A DNA stretch of 64,000 nt, from assembly GCA_002633005.1 (NCBI GenBank), contig NMRA01000121.1, positions 261,000 to 324,999 of the forward strand. Direction: 5' to 3'. The position numbers were made by a program, and so were the translations under genes. Each line of letters starts with the position of its first letter. The stretch's first letter is position 1. The notes beneath the pieces were generated by a model, which saw only the letters and a program-made list of their open reading frames with translations, searched no databases and was not told where the DNA came from. This DNA is from Phoronis australis (Eukaryota; Animalia; Phoronida). Below, piece by piece: positions 25,301 to 40,300 of the stretch.

Positions 25301-28300
25301 AGTCATAGTTTTTGTTATTTTTTGTATTGGAGTTGATCACTGTCTATCAGCAAAACAAGTCAACGCAAAGAAATTTTGCATGCTTTCGACTCACCAATGA
25401 AAATACAAAATGTGAATCATTTCATAACACTGGACAAGGTCAAATGAATAACAGCTTACAATGCAATGTGTTGAAAGGTCAAATGAATATAAGCTTACAA
25501 TGCAAAGTGTTAAAATGCATTGAAGACTGCCCTGCAAAACAGTATGCTTCAGGGGAGTGTTTGTACAGTACTAGACTACAGCAATTCCCCACTTATTTTG
25601 TATAAACTACATTTTTCTGATAATCCGTCTTGTGCCAAATTAACCGAATATACAGACTTCGTAGTCGACGGATGTGCAAAATTACTGAGCAAACCAACCG
25701 CCGCCAACTGCCCGTGTGTGTGAATTTTACGAAATTTGAGACACCTTTTTGAGCAAATTCTACAGACTTTTCACTTTCAGAAATATGTACTTTAACTGAC
25801 TTTATATCAGCTGCAGTTTTTTAGACATTTGACTTGTCCATAAGGTCCTCCCTACACAGTCTCAATCACTGTACAAGCACACACAGGTAGATGATGGAAT
25901 CCTGAATATATGCCACCACAAGTGCACAAAAAGCAGAATTGAGAAGTCGTGGGTGCCTTCAAACAGGAGAACCAAGAACACCTGATTGTATTTCTTTCTA
26001 TAATTAGACAGACAACATGTTCATTTAGGCACCATAAGACTGAATGTCCGCCTGAGTCTGTTCATCTCAGACTAGAGAAGCAATGAGCGTGCTGGCCTCA
26101 CCTGACTTTGTTCATGACATCCGTTCCTATCTGGTCAACAATAAGAGCATGACTGAAGTCTCCTGGGAGACCACTCTTCTCCTTGCAGATTTCTAGCATT
26201 TTGGATTTAGTGTCCTGGCAACAATAGCGCAAAGCATTAACCATCTCACATCACAATTACAGTGAAGTTATTGCACTGTCTGTTCAATTGGTACACAATG
26301 AATTTGTAGAGTTTGAAATGGTATTCATCTGTGTACTGTGTGACCTAAATCTCAGTATTCATGCATGGGATATTAAGAGTTTGTAACGAGTGATGATCTT
26401 GTCAAATAATGAACAACTTAAACAAAGTTTGTTTGAAGTATGCAATTATTTTCAGTTTCATGTTTAGTGTAACACTTACATCATCACCAAGTACAACAGG
26501 GCACCTTTCTTCTGCACAATGCACCATGTCCGTCACATTTTTCTGAAAAAAGGACAGAAACAGGCTGAAAAATCTTCCTTTAAGAAGAATGAACAACACT
26601 GCTTTCAAAATAAAATAACGTTAGAGGACACTTCAACTCCGCAAACATAATAAAATCACTATAAACGGTAAAAAAGAACCAGAGATTTACAACATTTTGC
26701 ACTCAACACCAGGAAGCGGACATCGCCGTTCTTTCGGAATTGAAGGAAGAAAAAGTGACACAGCACTCCACTTCAAATTAAATAAACGTTTACCCAAAAC
26801 TATATTTTTTTAACAAATTTGTTGCTTTGTCTTCAAAGTGTTAATTACGCAATCCAACTTTATACAGAACCCATTTTAGTGACCTCACACCGTTTAAAAA
26901 CAGCTAGCTTCCATACTTTTTGATCGAATGATAAACCTTAGTTATCACATGTTTAATAGTCTTTTGTATCACTTGTTTACAATAAACAGTTTCATCCTGC
27001 TGCCACCAACAAAACGTGCGGACAAACCTTCAGTTGATCTTCAAGCACAACTTGTAGCTCCTTGGCCAATGACCTCAGTTTGACCTCTACATTGTTACCC
27101 TCGCACTCTGATTGTATAGCCACCTGCTGCAACTTGGGTAATAACTGAAAATACACAAAAATATCGGGAAAAATTATTAGAGATCACAGGGAAACAGGGA
27201 GACAGTAGTAATTAATTAGTGAAGACTTTGTCCAATGGTAATGTGTGGATGTGACTATAGTGTATGTGATAGACAGTGAACATGTACAACAAGAACACCA
27301 CAATCTATCCATAGTTCCTTACATATAGGTTTCCTTGCACGCACCATCGCAACACGTGACTATGCAAGTATACGGTACATTCAGTTTAAATTAAATTTCA
27401 TTTACTGATGTCAACAAGGACCGTTAGGTTCTAAATTTCATAAAATAATAACTTTTACAAAAATTTTTTTTTTGCTTCACAGAAATAAAGGTCTATTTTT
27501 TGCACAGACGCTGTCTATATAAATGTTTGGAGCTATGCACACACTTAAATGTGGGTTGGGTCAGGAGAAGCAAACCACAAACCTGTTTGTATGAACCGTG
27601 ATTTATAGTATGCGTCGAGTAAGGAACAACGAGTGGACCAATACCTCTGGCATACTCCCACAATTCCCCACTTAGATACAGGAAGGTACACGATGTGCAG
27701 GCATTACACCTATGTGCACAGCTTCCATCTCAACGACACATGAAACAGATCAGACGCATCTTTTGGCTTAAACATTAAAACTGTCCGAGACATGACAGAC
27801 AAATACTTCTGCGTTCAAATCAGGAAAATTTTCCTGACCACCGACCTGTTTAGAGTTGTCTGCATCCGTGATGAGTTTGTTTGCCAGTTGCACGTCCTTG
27901 GTCATATCAGCGTCACCATCATTCTTGGGATGGGACACCAGGGCATCTACTGTGTCCTGTACCTGCACCATCAGCTTGTCTACCAACTGAAACATAATTA
28001 GGGCATCCAGCTATATAGCCAACTTACAGTGCAAATTTTCAAGCAAAGAGTATGTGGTACGTTATTCACTTTCTCACTTTGCCATAAAAGTATACTAGCA
28101 GGATCAGTATGCAAAAAGCAGGCAACCGGACAAATGCTCTTAATTTACATGCATACATTCCTCTCTCAGTTTACAGGAACACACGTCTCTCTTTACACGG
28201 ATCCTATGAAAAATATCATTGGACTTGACAGACTTGATAGTTTGGCATCAAATTCCAGACAGAGGTACAGGTCGGACCTCTGCATGAAACCCACCGTGTG

Positions 28301-31300
28301 CATCTTGAGCACAGATGACATATCGTCGACATTCAAATTGTGAGACATACACCTCTCCCATGAATTGGACAGTGTCATTCTTGTAATAATTTAAAAACTT
28401 TGTACACCATCAAATTCAATTTTGAATGTGTACAAATGCATATTGATTCAGTAAGAAGTCAATATTGAGGAGTGATAGTCACATGAGAGAAGTCGCCATG
28501 CAGGAGAAACCTGACCAACTTTCTTATATGGAGACGGGGGGTGAGCACTACCCTCCAAACATCTCTTCATGAAATGATTTCATTAAACTGCTAAATATTT
28601 TGGACACCAAACGACAAAAAGAGAAAGACACAAGTAACGTACCACTTAGTTGGTGTCAGCTTTCAATGTATTTGCTCTGACTGATTTTCAAAAATTTTGT
28701 TCAATTTCTGGTTTAATACCAGCTCTTGACTCACAGTTAGACAAATGATAAGTCATGCATTCAAAGAATAAACACTCTTATAATGTAAGTAGGCATCATG
28801 TGCAAGAATGATAAGATTCCAGAGGTGTATCCTGTAGGATCATAATCACCCCAGACAGATGCAAATAGTGCCGCAACTCCAGTCACCACCAACTCTATTT
28901 CCTTGCTAATGTGGTCTTCAACTGTGCATCCACTGAAGGGAATGCATTCACACACCATCAGCTACAGCCTTCAACTTCAGCACTAAACAAATGAGAACTT
29001 TTACATGCCTATGACTCATTCTAACATTGTAGAATGCACATGCCATGAATGAACGAATGAATGAACCAATGAATGAATGAATGAATGAATAAGCACAACC
29101 ACCTTCTGCATAGGCTGCCAATACTGAATTAATAATGAGGTCCTTATGAAAATAGCGTTGTCATCCAGATATCTGAGTGAGTTTCACTCGCTCGGACAGC
29201 TCACAGTCAGCAAACATTCGTAGGCACATGCCCCTGTGTCCGGAAATGAGTTTTTCAAAGAACTGCTTTGGCTTTTAATAAAAACTTTTGTGCGTAAGCA
29301 CACAACTATGCACCACTTGCAGAAAACCTTTATCTAGAACAATCTTGATTTCATTAAGATAGATGTGGGAAGGTTTGTGAGAGTGTGCATGGTGTTTTTA
29401 TAGTTACGTAAGATAAGTTTGGCTAACTTCAGAATGCAAAATTTCCAGAAACTGAGTGTCCTTTATACACACTGTTCTCCAAAATGCTGTTTTTAAAACC
29501 TCCCAATTTTGCATGAGGGACTATCAAAAAACAGAATTTATAATATGATTTTTATGAAAAAAAATGAGTTACATAAAACAAAAACGAAACGGCAGCTTAG
29601 AAAACAGTAAAAACGTTTCTGAGATTTTATCTTGAACATTGATATCATACAAGAATTTGTCATGTCAATTATCCTGTTGTTTTGCTATGATTGTGCCTTC
29701 TATTTCTGCTAAGCGTTCCTAAAAAGGCAAAGCCACTTGACCTAATAATTAGTGTTAGATTGGCAAACAGTCAAAAATTGTACAGAGCTTCTACACTCAG
29801 AAAAAACATACATTTGCCTTGTTATATACTATCTATAGTTTTGTAGATATTTGGCTAAAGTCCTACATAAGTTCAACTTTTACATATTTCCATCAAGGTA
29901 CTTGAAGGAATAGTGTGTCAGTGCTCAGCTGGCCAAATACAGTCCAAAGGTCGATTACTGTTTTAATTCAGCTGATATTTCATAATATAGAACACAGTGT
30001 CAATGGCATAAGTTATCTTGAAAATGCTAGTAAAAATAAACCAACATCAAAAATAGAAGTTTGTTTTATGCAATCATTTTACTTCATTTCTGTTATTGTC
30101 CTTTCACAACTATCACAATTATTATTATTATTATTATTATTATAATTATTATTATTATGTTATTGTAATTATTATTGTAAGTGTTACCTTATTGTTTATT
30201 AGCATCATTATTACTACAAAAGCAATGTCAGTGTGAATATATATAAGAAAGAAATAGCAGGCAATAAAGCACACCATAGCCAATTCAATATCATGGATCA
30301 AACACTAATTCCCACATAAAAAAGATTACTTTGACTGTAGTTCTGCTAATGTAATATATCATAAAAGGAAAATAAATTTGTTTCCTATGAGGGAGATTCA
30401 ACATTAAATAGGCCATTCTCAATACATAGAACCCAACCCAACAACCAGGAGACATGTGCTGCAGCCTGTGGTTTATTATTTTTCCAACAGGAGGCGCAGC
30501 TAACCAGAAAAATAAAAAGAGGTCAACTCTTGAAGTTCAAAATGTCTAATTTTAAGCAAACTAACACAAAACTCAGACTACAAATACCAGTAAAACATAT
30601 TTGGGCAGTATACTCATGCATTATGACACCAATTACAGGGCAATTTTAGCTAAATCATATAAACACAAATTTTACCAGTTTAGAGTAAAGAGCTGCTCAC
30701 TACTTAGACCACCCAACTCCCATTGTGTAGTTTGTCATCAGGTAGAGTAACTTCTTACCTGTGGACCTACGGGTCCGCTGACAACATGATGACTTCGGGT
30801 GATGATTCTTCCATGAATTACACACCTCGGGTGTTCAGGGGAGCAACGACCCCTGGATTACTCTTGTCTGACTACCTATCTGATGACACCCTTTTTTATA
30901 CTAAGCAAAAGCCTTCTGACACTGTGCCATACAGTGGCTTGTGCATTGCAATGGAATCTGGCCAAAACCTCGTGGGTAAGTACTTTCTGCACTACTGGAC
31001 TCCTTCAATAATTCAAGTATGATTGCGTTGAATACTTGCACAATTTGGAGATCAACAACTACTTTGTAACTAATGTCCTTTGGTTCCTACCCAGGCTACC
31101 GAAGGTCCACCTTAAGGAACAGAGGTTTAGGCTGGCAGATAGCATGTGCTTTTGTCACAAAATTCAAGACTTCATTAATTTTTCCAGTAAATATAAAGTC
31201 GGCTTCACTTATTTTTTCGGAAAAAAGGAATGATTCAGACAATTGTCATTTTCCCTGGTCAATTAAAACACGAACGCCAATAATAAACTTCAAGGTAATT

Positions 31301-34300
31301 AACCACCTTTGTAGCCAAAGATAAGGTTCATAAACAACTATTTTAATAACTCAAGTTGTTAACGCATGAACCTTTATATTTTAAAATCTTTGACAGTATT
31401 GTGATACATTCAACTGCATTTGAAACTCTTGAAAACAAAGGGAAGAGAACGATATTCACATTTATTGTACACATGCCATAATCCCCAAACTATGCTTTTG
31501 GATCAATCAACCACTTAATTTTTGAAACACATCCCCCATCAAAACCTCTGGTTATCCAATCTCTCCAACTAAGTCAAAACTTAAATTCTTCCACGCAACA
31601 AAATTTCCTTCTTTTCTCATGTTTGAAAATTAGGACTCCTTTCTCCAACCACTTATATGACAAGGCAAGAGACCTTACAAAGACATGAGGCTGGAGTTTA
31701 TTCGTTGTATTCGAAATCAAACTCGAGATTATTTTGGTATTTTTCTGCTCTACTTTTGTGTGAACTCAAGATTAGTGGCTGGCAGTCTGTGCTCAAGTAC
31801 ATTATGGTCTATGCATGAGTTTCTAGTCCCACTTTGTACTTGATGAACCCTATATTAGTGCTACGAACTTGAGTACAGACTCAAAATTTTCAGTTTAGGC
31901 TTGAACCTTTAGCCTTAAAGTTACGTAAGGCGTTATCAACTTGGCCGTGTATTCAGCCAAATATTTACAAAACTTTACCCCAGTAAGGTATAAATTTTCT
32001 GAAAGTAAAATGCTTGCAGAATTCAAATTTTCTTCAAATACCAATCTGCGATTCATTAGATCACATGACCATGCATAGCAAAACAATGGAATCGATAATA
32101 TGACCCAATTTCATATGATATAAAAGTTCAAGATAAAATCTCTAAAATGCTGTTACAGTTTTCTGAATTATCACTTCATTTTAGTTTTATGTAACTTTTG
32201 ATTTTTTCATGAAAATCGTAAAAGTCATATTTTTCATAGTACCTCGTGCAAAAGCGGAAAATTCTAAAAACAATTCCTCACAGAGTTTTGAAGAACAATG
32301 CATAAAGCATGGTAGCTCAGAGTTTCATATGAATCCAACAAGTCATTTCTGAGACATGACTTTGCTACGACCTTCGTCAAAATTGGCCATTTTCAAGGGT
32401 CCTACCTACCCCTCATGCTGGGGTCATCAAGCGCAAAGTGAGATTGGAATGTTGTCCACGTAAGCCATTATGAACTCGAGCATTGGAATAGAAAATTATC
32501 TTGAGTTTCCACAAAAGTAGAATAGAAGATGCCAATAAGGATTTTGAGTTCGATTTTGATTAACAGATTAGAACCTGGATGCAGGCCACACAGCAATGAC
32601 TGTAGCAATAACATGTGATGGTAAGAGAAAGTAACTGACATGATTAACTTTTCCCCGACAACCTTCATGGACTGGATTATTACAAAATGTGAGGAACTAA
32701 ATACTTCAACCACATACGTCTCGATACGCTGTGCAATAACCGTGTCAGGTGCCCATGTAATAACCAAGTTATTGTATGGTCACGTGTCACTGTCATAGCT
32801 GCACCGGAGTTGATGAAAAAATACGGATTGAAACTTAAGTATGCGGTATAAATACTGAACTGACCAAGTATTTCACTCGGCCTTTGGCCTAATGAAAATA
32901 TTTCTTCAACACACCAACCTCAGATAATCATATTCACCCATGAAAAACAGACGCAGTTTAACACACATGTAACATGAGCTTCATTCAATGATAACAAAAT
33001 GGGTCTAGGGCATCATTACTCAAACCAGGAGAGGAACTTAAAAATGACATAATAAACTGTTAACCTTAAACATGATGCCTCTTGCACATGACCATCAGAT
33101 ACAGAAGACTAGTTGGACAACATGTACATAAGCCAAGGTCTCTATCAAAATTATCACTGCACTGGGTAAGTGAGACCACCATACAGCTTAACAAAGCTGA
33201 TAAAATTAAAGCCATATTTAGACACAGCAAAGACAATATAAACAGACTTATCAAAAGGTAATGATAGCAGAAACTCAAACGAGAAGTTACAAACAACAAA
33301 GGTTAGAAAATGAGGGCAACAAAAATATCAATGCCATAGGACTGGTTTAAATTAAAATACAAAACTTGTCTCTTGGGGCGAGTGACTATAGTACATGGGC
33401 AGCCAAAAAGGAGTACACATTACGGAACATACTTCCTTTTTTACATATTTTGTCTGAAGATGACCGAGGCTTTCACTGAAGCAACAGACACTGCACACAA
33501 AGGATGGTTGAAGATGTAATGAGTCAAAGCCTCCAAAAACTGAGTAACATTCTTCTACTTACCTGCTGCGTAGCACTAATAAGGAACCCTTGCTGTAGAC
33601 GATAAGCTTGCTCAGTGGCGAATTTTCTTGGACTGTGATTACGGTGAAGACACGTCTCGATCTTCTCCAGAGCAATTCTGGTGCGATCGGGGTGAGACTT
33701 TAAGGCTTCAGCCGCGTCTTGGATGGGCGTTGGCATAATACGCACCGCAAAGTTTCTAAAAAATAAAATTGAAAATGAATGCAGCTGAAAATAATGACCT
33801 TTACATGGCTGAATTGACCGCAAATCTTTTTGAGTCTAATTTTACAGTCCATATACTTCTTTTTTATTTAGTAATAGTACCAACACTACCACAGTAAGAG
33901 TGGTACACGCACTCTAAATTGCGACCACCTTCAGGAGTGTATAAACAGTAAACTTTGGGGGAGGTTGCTCCTTGCATATGTTCTTGATGTCATAAAAACG
34001 CCAAAGTCATAATGTAAAATTCAATTGATTTTTCAAATAGATTGTTGAAATATAAAAAAGATCAATCTACTGTTATTTACCACTTCTCCTGAAGTGAAAA
34101 ACAGCGCAAAAATACCCTCTGGTTTTGCCTGTGTTGACTTTAACCCATAGCTCAAGTTTTGTGAGAAGGGGGAGGATCCACACATAGAAATTCAATCAAG
34201 TCCATAATTGACCTATCGCAAGCTCCGCCCCCTTGCGAAAAGTCGACAAACAAACAATATGTTTTACTTGACAATATGTTGTTTGTGGAGAAAAATGATG

Positions 34301-37300
34301 GCTTGGAAACGAAGGTGTGTTAAGAATGCTGCGTTCTGATTGGTCAGTTAAGCTGTCACTCAAAATCTTGGCGATAGGTCAATTGTCAGTATTTCATACT
34401 TTAGCGCAAAGAGCAATTTGTGCTTTAGTCATGAAAGTGCACAGAATGCTTGACCCAATATTGAATACTGCAACGCAGCTCATGGACAACAGTAACAGTA
34501 ACTACAGTTTGAGGGCACACTTTAGCTGGGCACATTGAAAACGTCGTCTAAGGTATGTTTGGAAGAGCATATGACAAAACAGGCAGAATCAGGTGTGTCT
34601 TCATTAATGAACAGCTTCTCAAGAACTAATAGCTAACACACAGATTCAGCAGTTTATTATGACACGGCAGTTTACCTGATGAAAGTTGGCTTTGCTTATT
34701 AAACTGCTTCTAGTTTGGTTACAAATTCTATCTATTCAGAGTGTTGAAGAAATGCAGACAGACAATTATACACAACTACTGTCATATCGTGTTAAATGAG
34801 ACTTGTATTGGAAAGGACATTCTACCAAATACTAAATATTGTATTCCATTGTGTATTTTGATTTTATCACTCAAGTGGGACGTCAGCGATGCATTAGCAT
34901 GTGACAGAGCGAGAATTGGTTGAAATCACAGAAACAAGGTTTAGTACCTTTTTAAATCTGTCTACTTCTCCTTGACATAATATAGAAGATACATGTAACT
35001 CTGTATACCTCTCTATCACACAAAATTATGAATATACTAACTCTCCCTACCTCTCTCTCTCATAAGATTATGAATATATGTAACTCTCCCCACCTCTCTC
35101 TCACACAATACTATGAATGTCACTCACTTCTCTAGCGCTACTGCCACATCTTCAAATCCCTGTGCAGAAGTGTTGTTTCCATCCCAGTAAATTTCCTGCA
35201 GGCGTGTGTTGATCATCAAGGCCTTTGCCAACATTCGTGCACCAAAGTCACCCATCTGATTACCACTAAAGGAGAAAACTGAAACTGACAAGTATAGCAC
35301 AAGCCGAAAGTATTCAGGCAAAATGACCCGAATTTCCCATCACGACAATAAGGCAGAAGTCAAATTCGTTATCAGAGCAGTCTTTGGTCAAAACTGAGAA
35401 TGAAGGGAATTAAAAAAAAAAAACAGTGCAGGTAGTCTGATGTCATCAGACGTGTGCAGGCCTCATGGTTGGGCCCATTGCACAAAACACCTGAGCAAAA
35501 GCACGAGAGCCCAATTATGGCTCCTCCTGAAGAAAGTTTCAAGTCTGCCAGTGTCCTTCAGGAAAACGGACAGATGTTTCCATTTGTTGCCATGCACTAT
35601 GTGTTGTAGGCATGTAACAGTGCCATCCAGTAGGTTGCTCCTTAGCCTATAAAAAGCTGGGCAAGACTCTACCAGGTGTTTAGGAGATTCTACGTCAGTA
35701 CCACACTCGGGACACACAGGGCTCCCCATATGCCCAGTAATGTGTCTGTGTCGGGCTAGGTTGCAGTGGCCCGTCAAAATTTGAATGACGTGTCTTATAC
35801 CCAATCTATCTAGACTCAGAAGGCTTTTTGAACCTTCTGGTTCGATCACGTTGGGAAAATTCTCCTTGGGAATTAGATGCCTAAGCCACTCTGTGATTAG
35901 AATTTTGTCACCCTAATAGATATTACCATAATTTTTGCTGTTGCCAGAATTAGCGGTCACGAAGCGAAACAGAGCATGATTTACTTTAGTGTTATACTGT
36001 ATAGTCTTACAATCTCTAACACATACATTCAGTGTCATTTTACATAAAATCTCTAACACATGTATTCCGTGTCATTTTACATGCAGTCTATGGAAACTCA
36101 TTACTTAGAAAACGCTTCGATCTTTGTTTCCTGCCTTCATTAAACAGCCGCGTGCACTTGAAACGTTAGCTTGTCACAATTCAGAAGTCCCAAGTTGTTT
36201 CGTCTACAAAAACTAACTGCTAACAATTGCTACTAACTCAAGTTCATAGAATGTTAAAGGGACACATCGCTGCTGCTTATCTGTCAATATTGAGTTCTTC
36301 AACAAATGCTCATATGATCTTGAATTGTTGCTATATGAGCCGGTAATTCAAGTCACAGGCAACGCGTATATATATATCCCTTTCAAATTTACAATTTAAG
36401 GGATGGCCAACCTCTACAACCTCTGAAGCTTTTCTTGAGACACTGAATATTTTGATGTTCTTGTTGGTAATGGAAATAGAATCCTATCATGGTAAGGAAT
36501 ATTAAGAAACAAGTTTTATGAGAACAAAAGGCTCAACTCACTTTTCCTTTTTTAATCAGCTTAACAGAGCGAAATGCAGTTTTAATCAAAACAAGATGTG
36601 CCCACTGACTGGAAGATGATTCACAATGTATGGCTTTCAAGTCAGTTTTGGTTTCACACAGGCTAGCTAGAAACAGTTAATGAGTTTACATACTGCTAAC
36701 TTCAACAAGGTGAAACGTTGATCTGTAAATGCAAACAGTCATTCCAAGCTCATTTGAAACAAGGACGACTCACACAGACAGTGTCTACTGTATCCTATAT
36801 CGGAAATAGCTGAGAATCAAAGAAACAAATATCTTAAGCATATGCTCCATTTTTGAGACATTACAAAACTGTGAAGACCACTTGTATTACCTGACATCAA
36901 AATGAGTTAGGGTAGAGTTACTCCCTAAAGCACCAATAACAATGTGTGACTCCAACCTGAGCTTGGAATCGGCCAGTGACAGAGACTGCAGTTGCTGGAA
37001 TGAGATTTTTATAATTATTAGTAGACAGAAACGTTCAGTGGCAACGACAGACTATCATTCCAGGCAAAGCTAGAAAACAATACTAGTCAGAGTAAAAGCA
37101 GATTTTGCATTCAAATTGGGCTGCACTTCAACTACAATCTTGTGGTACGTTGGAGCTATGAGAACAGGCTGAATGGAATGTAGAGAGTTCAGTCAGAAAA
37201 CTCTAGACCTGTCAACAACTAATAGTTGTGGTAATTCTCCACAAAATTTGCACAAAATAATTAAAGAAAGTGTATTTCCCCAATAGTTGAGGTGTGCCAA

Positions 37301-40300
37301 ATAAACAGAATATACTGACTTCGTAGATGACAGGTGTGCGAAATAAACTGAGTAACCAATTATTGCCAACTGCACCAGAGAGCGAATTTAATGAAATGCA
37401 GCCCACGGGAAGCCAATGTGATCCAATTAGCAGTAATTAAAATAAAGTTACTTTATCCAGTTTTAACATAAAAGCAGCTAATCCTGTCATTGGTGAAACA
37501 CTTCTTAGCTACTCCTGACTCTCACAATAGTCTTCTAAATCACCCCTTGACCTCACGTTTACACCAGCATGGATATCTTTTGAAAATGGATGAACTACCC
37601 CCCCAGAAACTAGGTAGCAAGCTTGTGGCATAGATATGATAGATGGGCGTATCTGTTATTCGATTTGTTTTTCTTTCATATAATAAAGATAATGGCAAGC
37701 ATTCATCGGTAACCGGCTGATGTGCGACCAAGGTATGATATCCGTGCGATCTGTATTGTTATGTCCAACAAAGAAGTAAGAAAGGAAAACAATCAACGTG
37801 TCCCATAGGTGATAACCATGGGCCGCGCTTACGCCAATCGCGTTGCTCTCGCAAATTAAACAATACCTTACGACCTCCATACGACGTCATTTGGCATGGG
37901 TAGCCCTAATTGGCATGCAAAACCTCACGTTTCATTCGACAAACGTTTTTCCTGCTAGACATTGCATTCTCATATGGGACATTTGAATGCCCCATGCTGG
38001 GCTTTTTTCAAGTACGCCATGCCACAATATGAATACCACATCGCGCAATAGGGTATATTTGTGACATGTTTACAGAAAGCTAGTTTATAGCCGCTTCAAG
38101 GCAGGTGGTTACTATACAGTACATAAAGGCAGTTAAACGAGAGAGTCAAAACAGTCTAAAATGACTTACGCAGTCTTCATCCTGCATCATGTCTACTATA
38201 GCATCAAGGACCTGAGCTAAAGACCTACAAAGTGAACAAAATTTTTTAAAATTAGGACAGGTACCTTTTCAAACAGGTATCTTTACCAACGATCAATGCA
38301 ATTCTCTTGCCATTACAAGTTATGAATTTTTACAAAAACTAGCCAGAAAACAGTAAAAATGGCCATCAGATGGCACAAAATATGTCGAAACCATTCAAAA
38401 ATGAGAACATGTCATTGTTTCATTAATAGAAAGCTATTCACCAAGTTTCATAAAGATCCGTCCAGAAATTTCAGAGAAAGAGTAAAAATGAAATCGCCAC
38501 AAAGGGTTACAACATTTGTCGGATCCATCCATCGATGTCGTCGTCAACTTCATAAAAATACACTAGCTAAATGCAATGAAGATCCTGCAGAGGTTTTGGG
38601 AGATATAGCCATGGGCGCAAAAAAACTCCAAAGTCGTTGGAAAATCATCCTCAGCCGTCATCTTCACAGTAGGAACATATATGCCAATTTTCACAACTAT
38701 CCTTTGAGTGATTTGGTTGATAGAGGGGCGAATGCCAAAAACAGACTTGAAAACTGTAAAAATGGCCACTAGGAGGTGCAAAATATCTAGAATCCATCCA
38801 AAAATTGAAGCATAGCATCATCTCATTAATAGATGCCTATCTGCCAAATTTTATGAAAATCCGTTGTCATATGACCTTTTCGGAGGTAAAATATGTAAAA
38901 AAATAAAATTGCCACCACGGGGCACACTGGTAGCCGGGTCCGTCCAAAACTTTGCTCATGGCATCCCATCCATGAAAAGAATAAATTTCATGAACACACA
39001 TCAAAGAGTTTTGGAGATAGAGCAGTGGAGGCTGGCCAGACGGACAGGAATGACACCATAATGCGCCCACATATTTATATAAAAATTTGTCTGATGGTAG
39101 CTGAGGTACAAATATTGAGCAAAGTTATTGCTTAAAGTGCTTCACGGAAAAAAAATTAAAATTCACTAGTCAGCCATATTGTGTCCTGGATTGATGAGAT
39201 TTTACCGTACTTAAAATTTATCAGAGTAAGAATGTGGACTTTGAACTTACTTTGATTTCAGACCACCGAAGTTCTTGCCGATGAACAAGTGCCTCAAACT
39301 TTTGTTTTTGCATACCCAGGGTAAGATATTCTTTAAACCAGCATCAAAGCCTACAATACATCAACACTGACAATCTATACAGCAATATAAACACTGTTAG
39401 CAAAAAAGGTTAACACTGTAGGAAAAAAGAAATACTGTTTAGTTAACAATTTGAACGCAATATTCATTAACGTCACATTTTCATCAAACCTTGGATGAGA
39501 AATTTATTTCAAATTAAAATTTATTGGCTACTAAACATTTTTTGCCTACTTTGAAGACACAAGAGTACAAAACAAAAGTAATGAGACAAAAAGACCGAGA
39601 ATTCCCACTTCATGACAGTTGGGCACAAGCCCAATTCACCGTCAGAAGTCTTCCCTCATGATCAAGAATGAAACAAATTATCTTGAAAGTCAGTTAGGTG
39701 CTTAAGCAATTCTGTAATTAGAATTCCTTCACCATAATAGTTGTTACCAGTCCTTTTTGCTGTTAACAGAATTAGCCGTCGTGACGGGAAAACGGCTTTT
39801 CGACTGTCACTTTTGTCGATTTGTGCTTTATTTTCAGCACAATACAATAGTAACCATAGTAACTTAAAAATGCGCACAGATATACATATTTAATCACACA
39901 TTTAGTGGTAAAACCAAATCTTCATTATACCAATTGCATGTTGGCTTAGTTCTTTTGGTACAAGCACATTTAAGGGGAAAACCACCTTCTTGCTTAGAAA
40001 AATGAAATACAGAAAGAAGGCTGTTGTAAAATGTATGCCTGACTCAGGCAACCTTCACATGAGCAAGACAAACACAATTTTGGATTTAAGACAACCAGTG
40101 AGTTGTACTTGTACAAAACCACCAAAACATTACGTTCTCTCTTCACGTTGACACACATACTGTCGTACCATTATCACTGATGTCAAGACTTGACAGATGT
40201 TGAATGTCCGCAATACAGCCACCTAACACTTGAGCACCTGTTGTCTTTAGTTCATTATTGCTGAGGTTAAGGGTCAACTCCTGCAGCTGTTTGTTGACAG

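Noticed and set aside
28761-28958. Possible DIRS RNase H-like fragment ([17 protein letters not shown])
   Set aside because: Similarity is too weak to support without a search, and no adjacent RT or recombinase remnants were seen.
30786-30871. C/D box snoRNA (ATGATGA...CTGA)
   Set aside because: It is antisense to the host gene, lacks a proper terminal stem around the boxes and has no recognised rRNA guide; kept only as part of the fold-back finding.
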